Source: Octopus vulgaris (Eukaryota). From it: DNA of 64,000 nucleotides. The stretch's first letter is position 1; every line of letters begins with the position of its first letter. The stretch lies in contig OX597818.1 of the NCBI GenBank assembly GCA_951406725.2, positions 25,854,001 through 25,918,000 on the forward strand, in the 5' to 3' direction. Positions 1 through 12,514 of the stretch are shown in pieces. The position numbers were made by a program, and so were the translations under genes. The notes beneath the pieces were generated by a model. It made no database searches and had not been told where the DNA came from. It saw only the letters and a list, made by a program, of their open reading frames with translations.

Positions 1-205
1 GCTTGGTTGTGTGGCTATTTTAGAAACCTATTTAGATACTAACCTTGTATTATAAACATTTATTCCATTTTCTTTTCTTTGTTGTTGTTTTATTTTTCTT
101 GCTATTTTAAAACAGTCGTAAAATGCAAATACAACTAATGAACCACATTTCTATAACAGGAAAGGATATCATCAACAAAAGAATTCCTTCAAAATTCATG
201 TCAGA

Positions 206-206
<1 letters not shown>

Positions 207-275
<69 letters not shown>

Positions 276-278
276 GTG
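207..278. repeat. (TG)n microsatellite
   Basis: Direct reading. It explains the CVCV 'ORF' at 123-416. Confidence 0.95.
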
Positions 279-630
279 TTCATTTGTGTACATGCCTCTG
301 CTAATATACTATTAAAAAAATGTGAGATAAGGAAAATAACTCAAGTGGGCAAAATAGCAAGAGTTTATATAACTCAGGTGGGTGGTGATGTACTAACATA
401 CAGAAAAAGAAATTAAAATGAAATGAAATTTGTTCCTTAGATGGAGGGGTGAAAAACAGGAAACGCTTGTAGCAATTAGGGAGTACAAGTTCACAGGAAA
501 TTTTATTTACATGCTTAATTGGATTTTTCTTATCAGGCAAGTTGACAGCTACAACTGTCATCTACTATAAGGCCTTGGTTGACCAATGCCTTATAAATGT
601 GAACATGGTGAACAGAAACTGTGTGAAAGC

Positions 631-853
631 CAGGCGGCAAGTTGGCAGAAACATTAGCACGCTGGGCGAAATGCTTAGCAGCATTTTGTCTGTCTTTACG
701 TTCTGAGTTCAAATTCCGGCGAGGCTGATTTTGCCTTTCATCCTTTCGAGGTCGATAAATTAAGAACCAGTTATGCACTGGGGTCGATGTAATTGACTTA
801 ATCCCTTTGTCTGTCCCCTCTATGTTTCGCCCCTTGTGGGCAATAAGGAAATA
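631..853 (+). mobile_element. tRNA-derived SINE family A (Nin/Deu-like central domain), nested in an older SINE
   Basis: A/B-box-like head (tggcagaaacattagc...gagttcaaattcc) and central gcctttcatcctttcgaggtcgataaa. Flanked by a 16-bp TSD agaaactgtgtgaaag at 614-629 and 854-869. Confidence 0.85.
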
Positions 854-929
854 AGAAACTGTGTGAAAGTCCATTTTACACAACACACACACACATATGC
901 ATATATGTATGTATGTGTGTGTATGTGTA

Positions 930-1013
<84 letters not shown>

Positions 1014-1622
1014 ATCTATATGAATAATAATAGAAGATGGATAATTGTCAGCTCATTATGGCTGTTTCTTATGTAACTTTTTAATAGAAAATGAGAACGT
1101 TATATCATTATAACAGACCGTAATCATCATTAATTAAGCATGTAAATTAAATTTCCTGTGAACTTGTATTCCCTAATTTTACAAAACAAAAGAATATCCT
1201 ATGAATACAGACACATCCCTGCTGTATTCTTGAGATATTTTTTTGCTTTGTATAATTACTTCTCATCTGATGATTACAGTCTTTTATAATGATGTAACAT
1301 TCTATTAAAAAGCTATGTAAGCAACAGCTGTAATGAGCTGATAATTATTCATCATATGTTATTACTCGTTTCATTATGATACACCAAGGGAATTTTTGAC
1401 TTAACGGACACCCTAGAGTATACCAACAACATACTACTCAAAGTAACACGTAATTTGTACCAGCCTCTTAGGTGCTAAATACTCATAGAATTGGTTTTCT
1501 CTGTGTACACAACTGAAATATCCTATCTGATGTTTTGACTCTCACCAAACAGAGGCTGGAACCACAGACATTACCCAACCTTTCCAAATACCTGATTCTA
1601 TTGGAATCCTCATATTACTTCT

Positions 1623-1661
<39 letters not shown>

Positions 1662-1666
<5 letters not shown>

Positions 1667-2583
1667 TGCTCGACAGAGCGTTAGTACCCTGAGAGAAATG
1701 TTGGACCTAAGGAGCATCAGTTGTGGTGTGCAAGAGAGACAAGTGCGCTGGTATGGTCATGTGGCGAGAATGGATGAAGATAGGTGTGTGAAAAAGTGCC
1801 AATCCCTAGCAGTGGAGGGAACCCGTGGAAGAAGTAGACCCAGGAAAACTTGGGACGAAGTGGTGAAGCACGACCTTTGAACTTTAGGTCTCACTGAGGA
1901 AATGACCAGTGACCGAGACCTTTGGAAATATGCTGTGCGTGAAAAGACCAGGCAGCACAAGTGAGTCCAGCCCACTCATGCATGCCTTTCCTCCCTTGGA
2001 CACACAAAGACCTGTTGAGGCAAGCGAAGTCGATATCGAACCTCATCCGACGACAGGCACCTATGCCAACCCCCCTTTGTTTGCGAAGACCTGTTGGGGC
2101 AAGTGAAATCGAAATTGAAATCGAAATCGGAATCGAAATTGAACCAATCCTATGACTGGCACCTGGCAGATGACAGGACCCCTGGACTGGAGATACGTAA
2201 AAAGCACTATCCGAATCGTGGCCGTTGCCAGCGCCGCCTCGACTGGCTTCCGTGTCGGTGGCATGTAAAAAGCACCATCCGAATCGTGGCCGAAGCCAGT
2301 GCCGCCTTGACTGGCTTCCGTGCAGGTGGCACGTAAAATGCACCAATCCGACCGTGGCTGATGCCAGCCTCGCCTGACACCAGTGCAGGTGGCACGTAAA
2401 AAGCACCCACTACACTCACGGAGAGGTTGGCGTTAGGAAGGGCATCCAGCTGTAGAAATATTGCCAGATAAGACCGGAGCCTGGTGCAGCCTTCTGGCTT
2501 CCCAGATCCCCGGTCGAACCGTCCAACCCATGCTAGCATGGAGAACGGACGTTAAACGATGATGATGATGATGATGATGATGA
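1662..2583 (+). mobile_element. RTE-clade LINE, 5'-truncated 3' end with tandem-unit 3' UTR and (GAT)n tail
   Basis: ORF 1662-1880 has the RTE C-terminal motifs RWYGHVARM and RGRSRPRKTW. Ends catgctagcatggagaacggacgttaaac(gat)n. Bounded by (TA)n tracts. Confidence 0.85.
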
Positions 2584-2680
2584 TATATATATATACATAT
2601 ATATATGTATGTATATATATATACATATACATATATGTATGTATGTGTATATAGATCATCATCATCACTTAACATCATGA

Positions 2681-2735
<55 letters not shown>

Positions 2736-2769
2736 AACACACATATATACATACATACTATATATATAT

Positions 2770-3470
2770 TAAATCAAATTTCACCTGTGCCTCAGAAAAT
2801 CTTATCTCTGCCATTATTTGCTTAGGGCGTGGTAATAATTATATTGGCCAAACAGGAATATTACTCCGGCAAAGAACCACTCTCCACAAAGAACAAATCC
2901 GTCACTCACAATACAGACAGATACAGGTCAGTGAACACATAGAAAGGTGTGCTAGGAATCTTAATCCTAATTTCCTAATTTTCCCCTTCTATCAATGTTC
3001 ACAGAACACCTCAGTATAACAAAGAATGAATAAAGAGGCAACTTTCATCAATTAATATCTTCCACAACTCAATATGTACACATAACATAATGCAGAACAT
3101 TACTAACCTTTCAATTAATACCACTAACCCCCATACATCCCATACACCATTCACATTACAGATCTATATCTACCCTAATTGCACCAAATCCAGAACTACT
3201 TACTTCTCTTACACAATCTAGTAGACCTGACACCATTCAGTAATTGGTGTGCATTCAAAGCAATGATAAGTTATTCTCTGAATCCGGCATGCTTTTAAAT
3301 CTCTTTAACAATTCACAATAATGACTTTTATTCTTTTATTCCTACCTCAATTCATCTAATTATATATATCTATCGTTACTTTTCATAAAAAGCCTTTTGA
3401 TTTCCAATGTGCATTTTCGCTTATTTTTCTTCTAATATTCCCCTTAATTTTCTTTTTTTAACATATTTCT
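2770..3470 (+). mobile_element. Penelope-like element relic (Neptune-like GIY-YIG endonuclease end plus 3' region)
   Basis: FTCASENLISAIIC..GNNYIGQTG..LRQR..LH...VSEH matches the PLE GIY-YIG/CCHH pattern. Bounded by (TA)n on both sides. Confidence 0.75.
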
Positions 3471-4254
3471 ATTATATATATTTATATATATATATATATC
3501 CGTCAATCCAAGTGAAATCGTAGTCATGGCTGATGCTGGTGTCACATAACTTGCAAACATGCTGGTGGTATGTAAAGAGCACCATTGGAGCATTGGATCT
3601 TAAGGAAGCAAAAGTGGATGAGTTCCTTTTGAGTGTTGGGCCTGATGGAGGCAAAATGGCTGAGTTCCTTTCAAGTGTTGGACTGTCGGTTGTGGTTGAA
3701 TATCTTCATAGTGTATTGTTCATTTGTTCTAATATTTTTGCCCCTTTCTTTAATTTTTTGAGTTTAAATGTTTCTTACTTTCCATTAGTAAATAATTTTA
3801 GCCATTATATCATTTTTATATATATTGATAGTTATAAGTTACGATAGATATTAATTATTATATCTATTTATTTAGAATGATTTTTTTTTTATAAAGGGAT
3901 CTAACGTATTACATTTAGTTTAATTTGAAAATCAATTTTGTTAGACAATATATTATTTAATAATTAGGTGGTATATTTATTAAGTAGTATTAAATTTTAA
4001 ATAATTAGGTATTATATTAATTGATATTTAGTCAACTATATTATTGAGTGATATATTAAATCTATAGATACTACACATATATATTAATTATATAGTTAGC
4101 TTATTTAATGAGTTTGTCTATATTTTAACCATTTCTTATTTTGATTACAATATTAATGGCTTCTACTAGCATTGTGTATATTAATTTTAAAGTATTGTAT
4201 AATTTAAGTATTGTTTTTAGTTTTCACTTAATGTATATTTAGTATCTTATACAT

Positions 4255-4310
<56 letters not shown>

Positions 4311-4387
4311 CAAAGAATATATTTATATTTTAAAAGATTTTTTACATATATTTATTAATTAGTTATTTTATTATTCTAGTTTATTTT

Positions 4388-4495
4388 TAACCTGATGAGT
4401 GGCTATATTTATATCGAAGTAATTTTACCACTACTATAAATTTTTTTACTATAATCATTTCTTAAATAAATATAGCCATGAAACACGTGTCATTA
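4388..4495 (+). ncRNA. Type-I hammerhead ribozyme fold with long stem II
   Basis: CTGATGA (4392-98); stem II tggctatattta/taaatatagcca; GAAAC-ACGT-GTC; stem I taac/atta pairs 3 of 4. Confidence 0.65.
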
Positions 4496-4733
4496 TTCTA
4501 CCAAATATATACGTTTTTATTATTATTTTGCAATTTACTTAATCATCGGTATAGTATTGTTATTTTATTTTAATATTTCTATTATATGTAATTTTCTAGA
4601 TGGTGTAATTTAATTGTTCATTTTGAATTGATAAAAGGTGTTTTTTTCTAATTTTTATGTATATGCATATATATATGTATATATATATATACATATATAT
4701 ATATACATACATATATACATACATACACATATA

Positions 4734-4784
<51 letters not shown>

Positions 4785-5069
4785 GCACATATATGCATAT
4801 AGAGATCCCATCCACTATCACTACCATTTGATAGTGAACTGTTTGTTAAAGTTGGTCTCAAAACTCTTTTAGTCAAATTTCACCTAACATGGACAAAAAG
4901 GGAAGCCATTATTTTGAATATAATTGCACCAAAAGCTAACTTTTTAGCTTGCTAAATATCAGACAGGTGCAAACTTTATGATAATATCTTTAGACTCTTC
5001 ACAGAGAAGAGATGTTGAAATTTATATGTTACAACATCCTTAGTCAGGGAGTACAAATAAAATTTTAGA

Positions 5070-5460
5070 TTCTACTCTTTTATTCTTTTACTCTTTTACT
5101 GATTCCAGTCATTTCACAGCTACCATGCTGGGGAATCAATCAGCTTTGAAATTTTAATCATTTTAATATTGTAGTATTTATTTTTTAAAGTCTGGTACTT
5201 ATTTTATAAAATTATTTTTGTTTTGTTGCTTAGTTATGAGACAATCAAACAAATGTACCCAGAGTCAGACAAAACCACAGACATACATATATTTATGAAT
5301 ACAAACATATATTTATAAACATACACATACAAACACACAGACATATTTGATGGATTCTGTACAGGTTCCATTTACCAAATTTCACTCACAAGGCATTGGT
5401 TAAATTGAAGCTATAGTAGAAGACATTTGTCCAAAGTGTCTCACTTGAGATGACTGAAAT
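5070..5460 (-). mobile_element. SINE family B (CR1-type tail), decayed
   Basis: Similar to 12515-12890: cttttact...cagtcattt...ccatgctg, and cactcacaaggc...tatagtagaagaca. Confidence 0.65.
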
Positions 5461-5499
5461 CTTGATTGAAGCCTTTATTTCAGTTATTGGCATATATGG

Positions 5500-6050
5500 G
5501 TTGATGCAAAAAGTTGGATTTTGTGAAAACAGCTGTAATAGGAAAAGACAAGAGCAACATCTTTACTTCATTAAAAAGCAACCTTGCTGACATTAACGGT
5601 GGTGCATACTTTGTGAACAAATGTCTCTAAACAGCTGTCAATATACTAAATGGTGATCTGAAATTGAAAATTCCAAAATCTCTTTACTTACACACAGTTC
5701 ATATAAGGCAGCTAAAGGAATTTTATGACTTTGCCAGAGTGGAATACAAAAAGCTATTATGAGATGGTAATATGAGATATTTGACAATGCTTCTAGCAGT
5801 TAAAACACATTCTTTTCATTTTTGTTGGCATGAAATCCTACTTTTGTTTCCAAAAACATTGCCCAAGTTTGATAAGGCAATTATTCAAAAATTACTTTTG
5901 AGAAATGTATTTATAGTTTGTACATCTTAGCCTTATATTTTCTACAAATCAATTCTACTTGTGGAGAAGTACAATACCAGTGCAGCAGATATCAAACTAA
6001 AAATGCAAACCTGATTATAAATACAGAAGACTGAAATACCTGTGAATTTG
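5500..6050 (+). pseudogene. Decayed hAT-like transposase fragment
   Basis: Manual translation gives HTVHIRQLKEFYDFARVEYKKLL*DGNMRYL, resembling the hAT LKEF..F...Y..LL....TRWL region. Stops and frameshifts are present. Confidence 0.45.
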
Positions 6051-6950
6051 TACTGCATTGTTCAAAAGCCCAGTTGAAAAAATGAAAAATATAATGGAAA
6101 CATTGAAGCATTGAAAAAGTGAAAACAAAAATTGAAAGTTCATATGAAATATGTCTCCTGTTTCAACTCATTTCATTCTAGTTTCCACTCCTATTAGTCC
6201 CACTTTCAAATCTGATAATTATGGTAAGCTGGTGTGTGTGTGTGTGTGTGTGTGTGTGTGCACGCGCGCGCGTGTGTGCATGTGTGTGTGTAAATATTTA
6301 CTTTTTTTACTTGTCTCAGTTATTGGACTGAATAACTGAAAATATATTAGAAGTCAAAAATGTAGTTTAATTCAGCCATATTTACTAACTTCCCAGCATT
6401 AGGACAAACAGGGACATCACCAAGAAGCAATAATTCCTCTTTACATTTTGAGGGTAAACCTCAAGAGCATCAATCCACAAGAGTTTTTTTTTTATGCTGT
6501 ACTGCAGCCAATTTGCTTTTACATCAAATAAATTGTTGAATTATTTTTGATATTGTTGTTGTTATGGGATTATTTTTCAACATTTGACACAAAATTGAAC
6601 ATCAACACAAAATATTCATTCAGTAACAATACAAAAACATCATTCAATAATAAACAACATCCCTGATTAAAAACACACCATTGAAAGCACTAGTTTGATA
6701 AAGCGAAACTGATACATTATTGACAAAGATTGTTTTCAATCCATAGCTCTCCAATACTTTTTGTGTTCTCCTCTTGCTGTCTCTCCTCCATCAGTTGCTC
6801 TCATACACATCTTCTTTTTATATCAGTTATTCTATAACATTTTTGCCAACCATTTCGGGAGAATTTCCAGTTTTCTATATTTCTCTTTGCTATTGCTTTT
6901 CCATGTTTCTGTTTCGCTTTCTTCTCTTTCCCATATTGTTTTATGGAACA

Positions 6951-6996
<46 letters not shown>

Positions 6997-7639
6997 CCTC
7001 TCTCTTGCTTGTTAACAGAAAAAAAATTGGTTCATTATACTCGAAAGCTGTTAAATCAGAGTCCATAATATCTAGAGTTTACTGCATTATCTAGGGTTTC
7101 ATACATTATCAACTAAATTAGCTTATTAAAAGATACACTTAATTCAGTATGAATGTCTTAACGATAAATGAATTACTAAACTCTTAAACTGTTGCTGTGA
7201 TATAAGAAAATATCTGTATCTTCTGAAGTGAGAGAGGGGGGAGACAGAGAGAAAGAGGGAGACACAGAGGGAGTGAAAGGGAGAAGACAGTATGGAAAGG
7301 AAAAAAGAGGATGGTGAAAGGGAACTTTGTTTTATTTTGTGTTTTTTTTATGGCAGGTGTAGAAAGAATAGAATTATGACAAACAAAACAACAGGTATCC
7401 TTACATTTATTCTTGGCATTTATATTACAAGTCACGACGTAAGAAATTTGAACTTTCTACTGTGTAATGAAAAGAGAAATACTGTTGTATTACATAAAGT
7501 TATTGAAGTAAAGACTTTTCTTCTGATGTTTTTGGCTCATTGACAGAAAAGGTCATTGCTGCTTTAAAGTAGCCACCTTCCAAAATTCTCCCATGAGGAA
7601 AGGGTGGTGGAAAAAATTTGTACAAGTCATTTTTAATAT

Positions 7640-7674
<35 letters not shown>

Positions 7675-7899
7675 CTCACTCACCAAAAGGTACTCGTATA
7701 ATATATTGAATATCATAGAAATGATTTATGAAAATGATTATGAACTTGTGAAAAACTTTAAAAAAACATGTAAAGATTGAATATTAATTTGAAATTTTAT
7801 GTAGTGATTACATAAAATTATGATCAATATTTTGAGGTCAGGTGGCATACTTTGTAACATATACACTTCCTCAGTCAGGCTGAATGTGAGACAGCTACA

Positions 7900-8066
7900 A
7901 TGTATGTATATACATATGTACATATGTATGTATGCATGTATGTATGTATGTATGTATGTATGTATGTATGTATGTATGTATGTATGTATGTATGTATGTA
8001 TGTATGTATGTATGTATGTATGTATGTACGTACGTACGTATGTGTGTGTGTATGTATGTATGTATG
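7900..8066. repeat. (TATG)n microsatellite
   Basis: Direct reading. It generates the MYVC/HTYI ORFs. Confidence 0.95.
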
Positions 8067-8287
8067 TACGATGGGGTGCTGAAAAGTTCTTAGCTTCAAG
8101 GGTATCATGTAAGTTCTGGTTGGGGGCCCAATCTTCCAAGTTCTTTTATAGGGCTTAGAAAAACTGAAGGACTATTGCAATAAGTGTGTGAATCTGAGAG
8201 GAGGAAATGCTGAATATAATCATAATTAACTAATCCTCTTGTATTTTTTTTTACCCAAAGCCAGGAACTTTTCCGCACCCCTGCATA
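8067..8287. mobile_element. Non-autonomous mariner (MITE)
   Basis: Imperfect TIRs tacgatggggtgctgaaaagttcttagctt / aagccaggaacttttccgcacccctgcata, with TA ends. Confidence 0.7.
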
Positions 8288-9499
8288 TAATCGTGTAAAG
8301 TCATATTTAACATGTCCAAGTGTATTCAGACATGACAAAACCTGTAGCTATGGAAAAAGTCTCAGGAGAAAATTTTCTCTATCAAGATATGTGGAAATAT
8401 ATTTGGCTGGAATGCTTTGAATGACATCATTTGGTGATAGGATGCATACATTTCTGTGTCATTGCACTTTGTCAGTTACAAAAACCAGATTTGTCATTCA
8501 CAGACCAATAAAAACAAAATCACTTTTATTAAAATCAAATGCAGAATGTTTGCTGATATACTTGATAAAGTAGTGTGCTTAGTATCCACCTGGTAGGGTG
8601 GATGTGCATCACTGGCTCGCATTCACCTCCTAAATCTCTCATCTACTGGCTCCATGTTCCACACCCCAGTACCACTTCAGTTGGCAGGTTAAAAGTGAAT
8701 TTTTAATCAAAGTAGAGGAGCTTCAAGTTTTGAATCAGTTGCTCATAAATATTCTCTTTCTTACTGATTTTGATGTGCATGAGGGTTAACAGATAAATTT
8801 CAGTATAATAGAATAAAGTAAACTAAAGAATAAGATAAAATATAAGTAGTAAAATAAAAAGAAATTAAAAAAACAAAACAAAATATAAATAACATAAAGA
8901 AATAAAAATAGAATAGAATAAAATGAGGTAGAATAGAATATATACAGATATAGGTACATATGTGCATATAGACATACATATATAAAATATACATATTATT
9001 ATACCTGTGTTTGATTTGATATTAAGACTGAAAAAAATTGGCCTAGTTTGTAAAAAAAATTTGGACCTGAGTTTGCACCTGCTAAGCAAATTTCTTTCCC
9101 AAGCCACTGCCCAAACCATGATGTTTGGAAGCAGGCTCCTTACTACATAGCCACGCCAGTACCTACCTACCTACCTACCTACCTATATACATACATACAT
9201 ATATATACTGTCATTGCTTTTGCTACCCACACACATATTGTCATTGTCTAACAAGGAAAATACAATGCAGTGTTTCAGAAGGTGCTAAATGATTTCTGTA
9301 GGTTTTGTACTCTATTATGGATTTTGGTCACTGACATAGTTGAAACTGTTTAAGCAGAATCAGGTAGCCTCCTTTCTAATATAAGAATATGTAACTCTTG
9401 CTTCCAAATGATTGATTCTGGAACCACTCAACTGGGAAAAGAGGATGGATGGGTAAATCTATCATTGTGCTTATTCGCTTCATCCACTTCAAAACACAT

Positions 9500-9800
9500 T
9501 TAAAGTGAATGCTAATATACTTGATAGATGATGAACAAGAACAATCAAAATTGTCTTTGATATTCAGGAAATGTTACACCAACACAATGACTATGTAATG
9601 ATCTTTAAAACTGTTCTTGAAAACATCAATGAAACTGATATGGAAGTTACAATCCATGCAAATAAAATGCACTCCAAAGAACATAACTGTGTAATTTAAT
9701 GCTCAACTGTGCAAAAAGTTACCATTCAAATTGCTATACAGGAGTTTCACAGAAGAGACATAATCCCATAGAAATATGTCCAATCTCTCACCAGGTACAG
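9500..9800 (+). pseudogene. Helitron RepHel relic
   Basis: Manual translation DIQEMLHQHNDYVMIFK...IHANK..KEH...FNA...RRDII resembles the Helitron Rep N-region (LQ.ML...N.YV..FK; RRFNAP; RDI). Confidence 0.55.
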
Positions 9801-9974
9801 AAATATCTTTTCCTGTTTTGGAAAGGGTGAAATGAATACAATGACAAAAGATCTGATGAGAAGCAAGTGTAGCAAAATGTTTTCTATGTTTAAAGGTGTG
9901 GTGTGATATGTGTATGCATTTGTGTGTGTGTGTCTTTGTTCAGATTAATCTAAGTATCAGAAGACATGGCATCA

Positions 9975-10737
9975 GAAGACGTCATCATGCCAAGTTTGTA
10001 GGGCAGAATATTCTCAACTCCCTCACAGGATATGCTAATAGCATTGGCTATTTCATTTATAGCCAATCACCTGTCATCCATCACTATGTAGTGAACACTA
10101 CTGATGTTTTTCTCGGTGGTAGACAGAAACTGAAAGGAGCCTCCCCACTCTCTCTATATCACTCTGTCTGTCTGTCTCTCTATCGGCCTCACCTCGTCTG
10201 TGTGTCTCTCTCTCTCTTTCGATTACCAATCGTCTCGCCAAGACTTCCTACTTCCTCCACCAGCACCCTATATAGACTAGCGCACGCACACTGACTCCCT
10301 CGATTTCAATATCTCGGCTGAAAATACGAACCCCAGAAGATGGTTAGATAAGTCTTGCCTTTTTTCAACCCGTCATTTACTCTTCTATGCAGATTATAAA
10401 CTTATTAGCTCCTTTTCATTAATTCTGTCTATGTCAGTTCCATGTCATCATGTAAATATAGTTCTATAGTTTCGTCTTCCTTGTTGTTGCCTAGATAACG
10501 TTAGTTCACGTATTTCTTTAACCACAACATATTCAATTCATTCATATATTAAAGTCTATCACACAGACATTCTCCTCTAACTTTGTCTTAGACTGGCCCT
10601 CAGATTCTTCAATTCTTCTCGTTAAATTAACTATGCCACACAAATCCTTCAGTTGTAAAAGAACTCGGAAGGTTGGGCCTCCAACCAGCCCTTTCGCGAG
10701 ACCCTTAAAGCCACGAACTTTTCAGTGCCCACTCGTA
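9975..10737 (-). mobile_element. Mariner relic (HTH region plus TIR), interrupted by other repeats
   Basis: Minus strand 9975-10120 reads TEKNISSVHYIVMDDR*LAINEIANAISISCEGVENIL. A mariner-type TIR aagccacgaacttttcagtgcccactcgta ends at about 10737. Confidence 0.6.
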
Positions 10738-11488
10738 TATGTGTGCATGAGACGGATTATGTTTACGGCGTAAAAAGACCCCATGTTATGTCAAAATAAG
10801 TAGCAAGATTGACATAAGTATTGAATGGGTATAATCGATCAAAGTAGTTGAAGGCTGAGCTCCAGCATGTCCAAGCCAATGGTTGAAACTATTAAAAGAA
10901 TAAAACGGGGTTTAAAGAACCAAACTCAGGGCCATAAAATGAAATCGTGAGTTGTCATCATTTCATTAAAATACAAAATTGCTTATTGAATATTTTAACT
11001 GTACATTGATCTTTACTAATTTAAAGATATCACGAACAGACGTCCACCTGAAAGATGACAGTATAAAAGCATAATTTACCGAAAACTTATAATGAAAGTA
11101 TGAAGATGTTTATCGATATCGGCCAGTAAACTGTATTGATTCGGCAACAATATTTGTCGTTTTAGTCACGCACTCAATTACAAATTTCATAAGCTTGGGA
11201 TTTTAGTAAGACGTTTGAAGATGGGGGTACGAAAGAGCACTAAAAATAAACTATGTTTACGTTTTCATCTGAGAGTACATTCTTTTATTCCGTGTTATTT
11301 GTCACAACTGTAAACAAATACTTGCTGTTGCCTATTAAAAATAACTATTATATCAGTTCATACACATGCAACCACGTACGCACCTACATACATACGCGCG
11401 CGCATACACACAGGCATTTATAATAGACCTCGGTCACTTTCAAATCATGATATTAAACTGTTCGACCAACTAAACTGCTGGCTCCTTG

Positions 11489-12292
11489 GGATCTTTTCCT
11501 TTTGAACGGCAGTTTGTAACATGATTTCTAGGTAACTAAAAAATTTTAAACTTCATATACTGGTAGAATGTGTTTATAAAACATCATTTTCTCTTGGCTT
11601 TATTGAGAAAATTCTATAGGTTGTAACATATTTCGTCTAAAATTTCTTGCATTTTGACAATTTTAACCAATCAATTACCTCCATTGACGTAAATAACATT
11701 CTGTGCATAACGAATATGTCCCTCGTTTAAGAAACAGATTGGGTTTATTTACATTTGTGAAGAAAAAAGATACCTTTCCCCCACCCTAACCCCAACCCTA
11801 ACTAACCCTAAATCTAAAATAGATTGAAATGCAATAGATCGATACTAGGGTTATAATTATGGGTGACAATTTCATACGACACCGCTATAAAAAACTTAGC
11901 GGTGTCGTATGAAATTGTCACCCATAATTATAACCCGAGCATCGATCTATTGCATTTCAATCTATTTTAGATTTAGGGTTAGTTAGGGTTAGGGGTGGAG
12001 GAAGGGTATCTTTTTTTTCTTCACAAATGTAAATAAACCCAATCTGTTTCTTAAACAAGGGACATATTCATTATGCACAGAATGTTATTTACGTCGATGG
12101 AGGTAATTGATTGGTTAAAATTGCCGAAATGCAAGAAATTTTAGACGAAATATGTAACAACCTATAGAATTTTCTCAATAAAGCCAAGAGAAAATGATGT
12201 TTTATAAACACATTCTACCAGTATACGAAGTTTAAAACTTTTTAGTTACCTAGAAATTATGTTACAAACTGCCATTCAAAAGGAAAAGATCA
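11489..12292. mobile_element. Fold-back DNA transposon derivative (~400-bp inverted arms, 9-nt spacer, 8-bp TSD)
   Basis: Arms ~11490-11887 and ~11897-12291 are near-perfect reverse complements. TSD gctccttg at 11481-88 and 12293-300. GGATC-type termini, with related fragments at ~12930, 17618, 19546 and 20500-20600. Confidence 0.9.
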
Positions 12293-12514
12293 GCTCCTTG
12301 AATCAGTGTGTAAGTAACTGAGTATTTCATAGAGATGTTTACCCTTAATATACTTTTTAACAGGAATCCGAGTGATGCAATGTGATAAAGTTTGGCGTTT
12401 GAGTTATGGCTATGATCCATGCAGTCTACCAGTTTCACTTGCAAGGTATTGGCTGAGCCAACAGAAAATGACACTTGCCCAGGATGTCATGCAGCAGAAT
12501 CGAAAGCAAGGCCT

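Noticed and set aside
1891-2539. Multiple overlapping 65-170-aa ORFs (also at 51642-52190 and 58173-58719)
   Set aside because: Stop-poor, GC-rich tandem units of the RTE 3' UTR, with no protein motifs.
123-8160. ORFs rich in CV, YI, HTYI, MYVC or SL
   Set aside because: These are translations of (TG)n, (TA)n, (TATG)n and (CT)n microsatellites.
10125-10530. Solo LTR (also 47270-47700)
   Set aside because: The composition is LTR-like and the first ends in ...aca, but no TG...CA pair with TSD and no second copy could be established.
11780-11995. Interstitial telomere or chromosome fusion site (ccctaa...ttaggg)
   Set aside because: Only a few degenerate hexamers, located inside the inverted arms of a TSD-flanked element.
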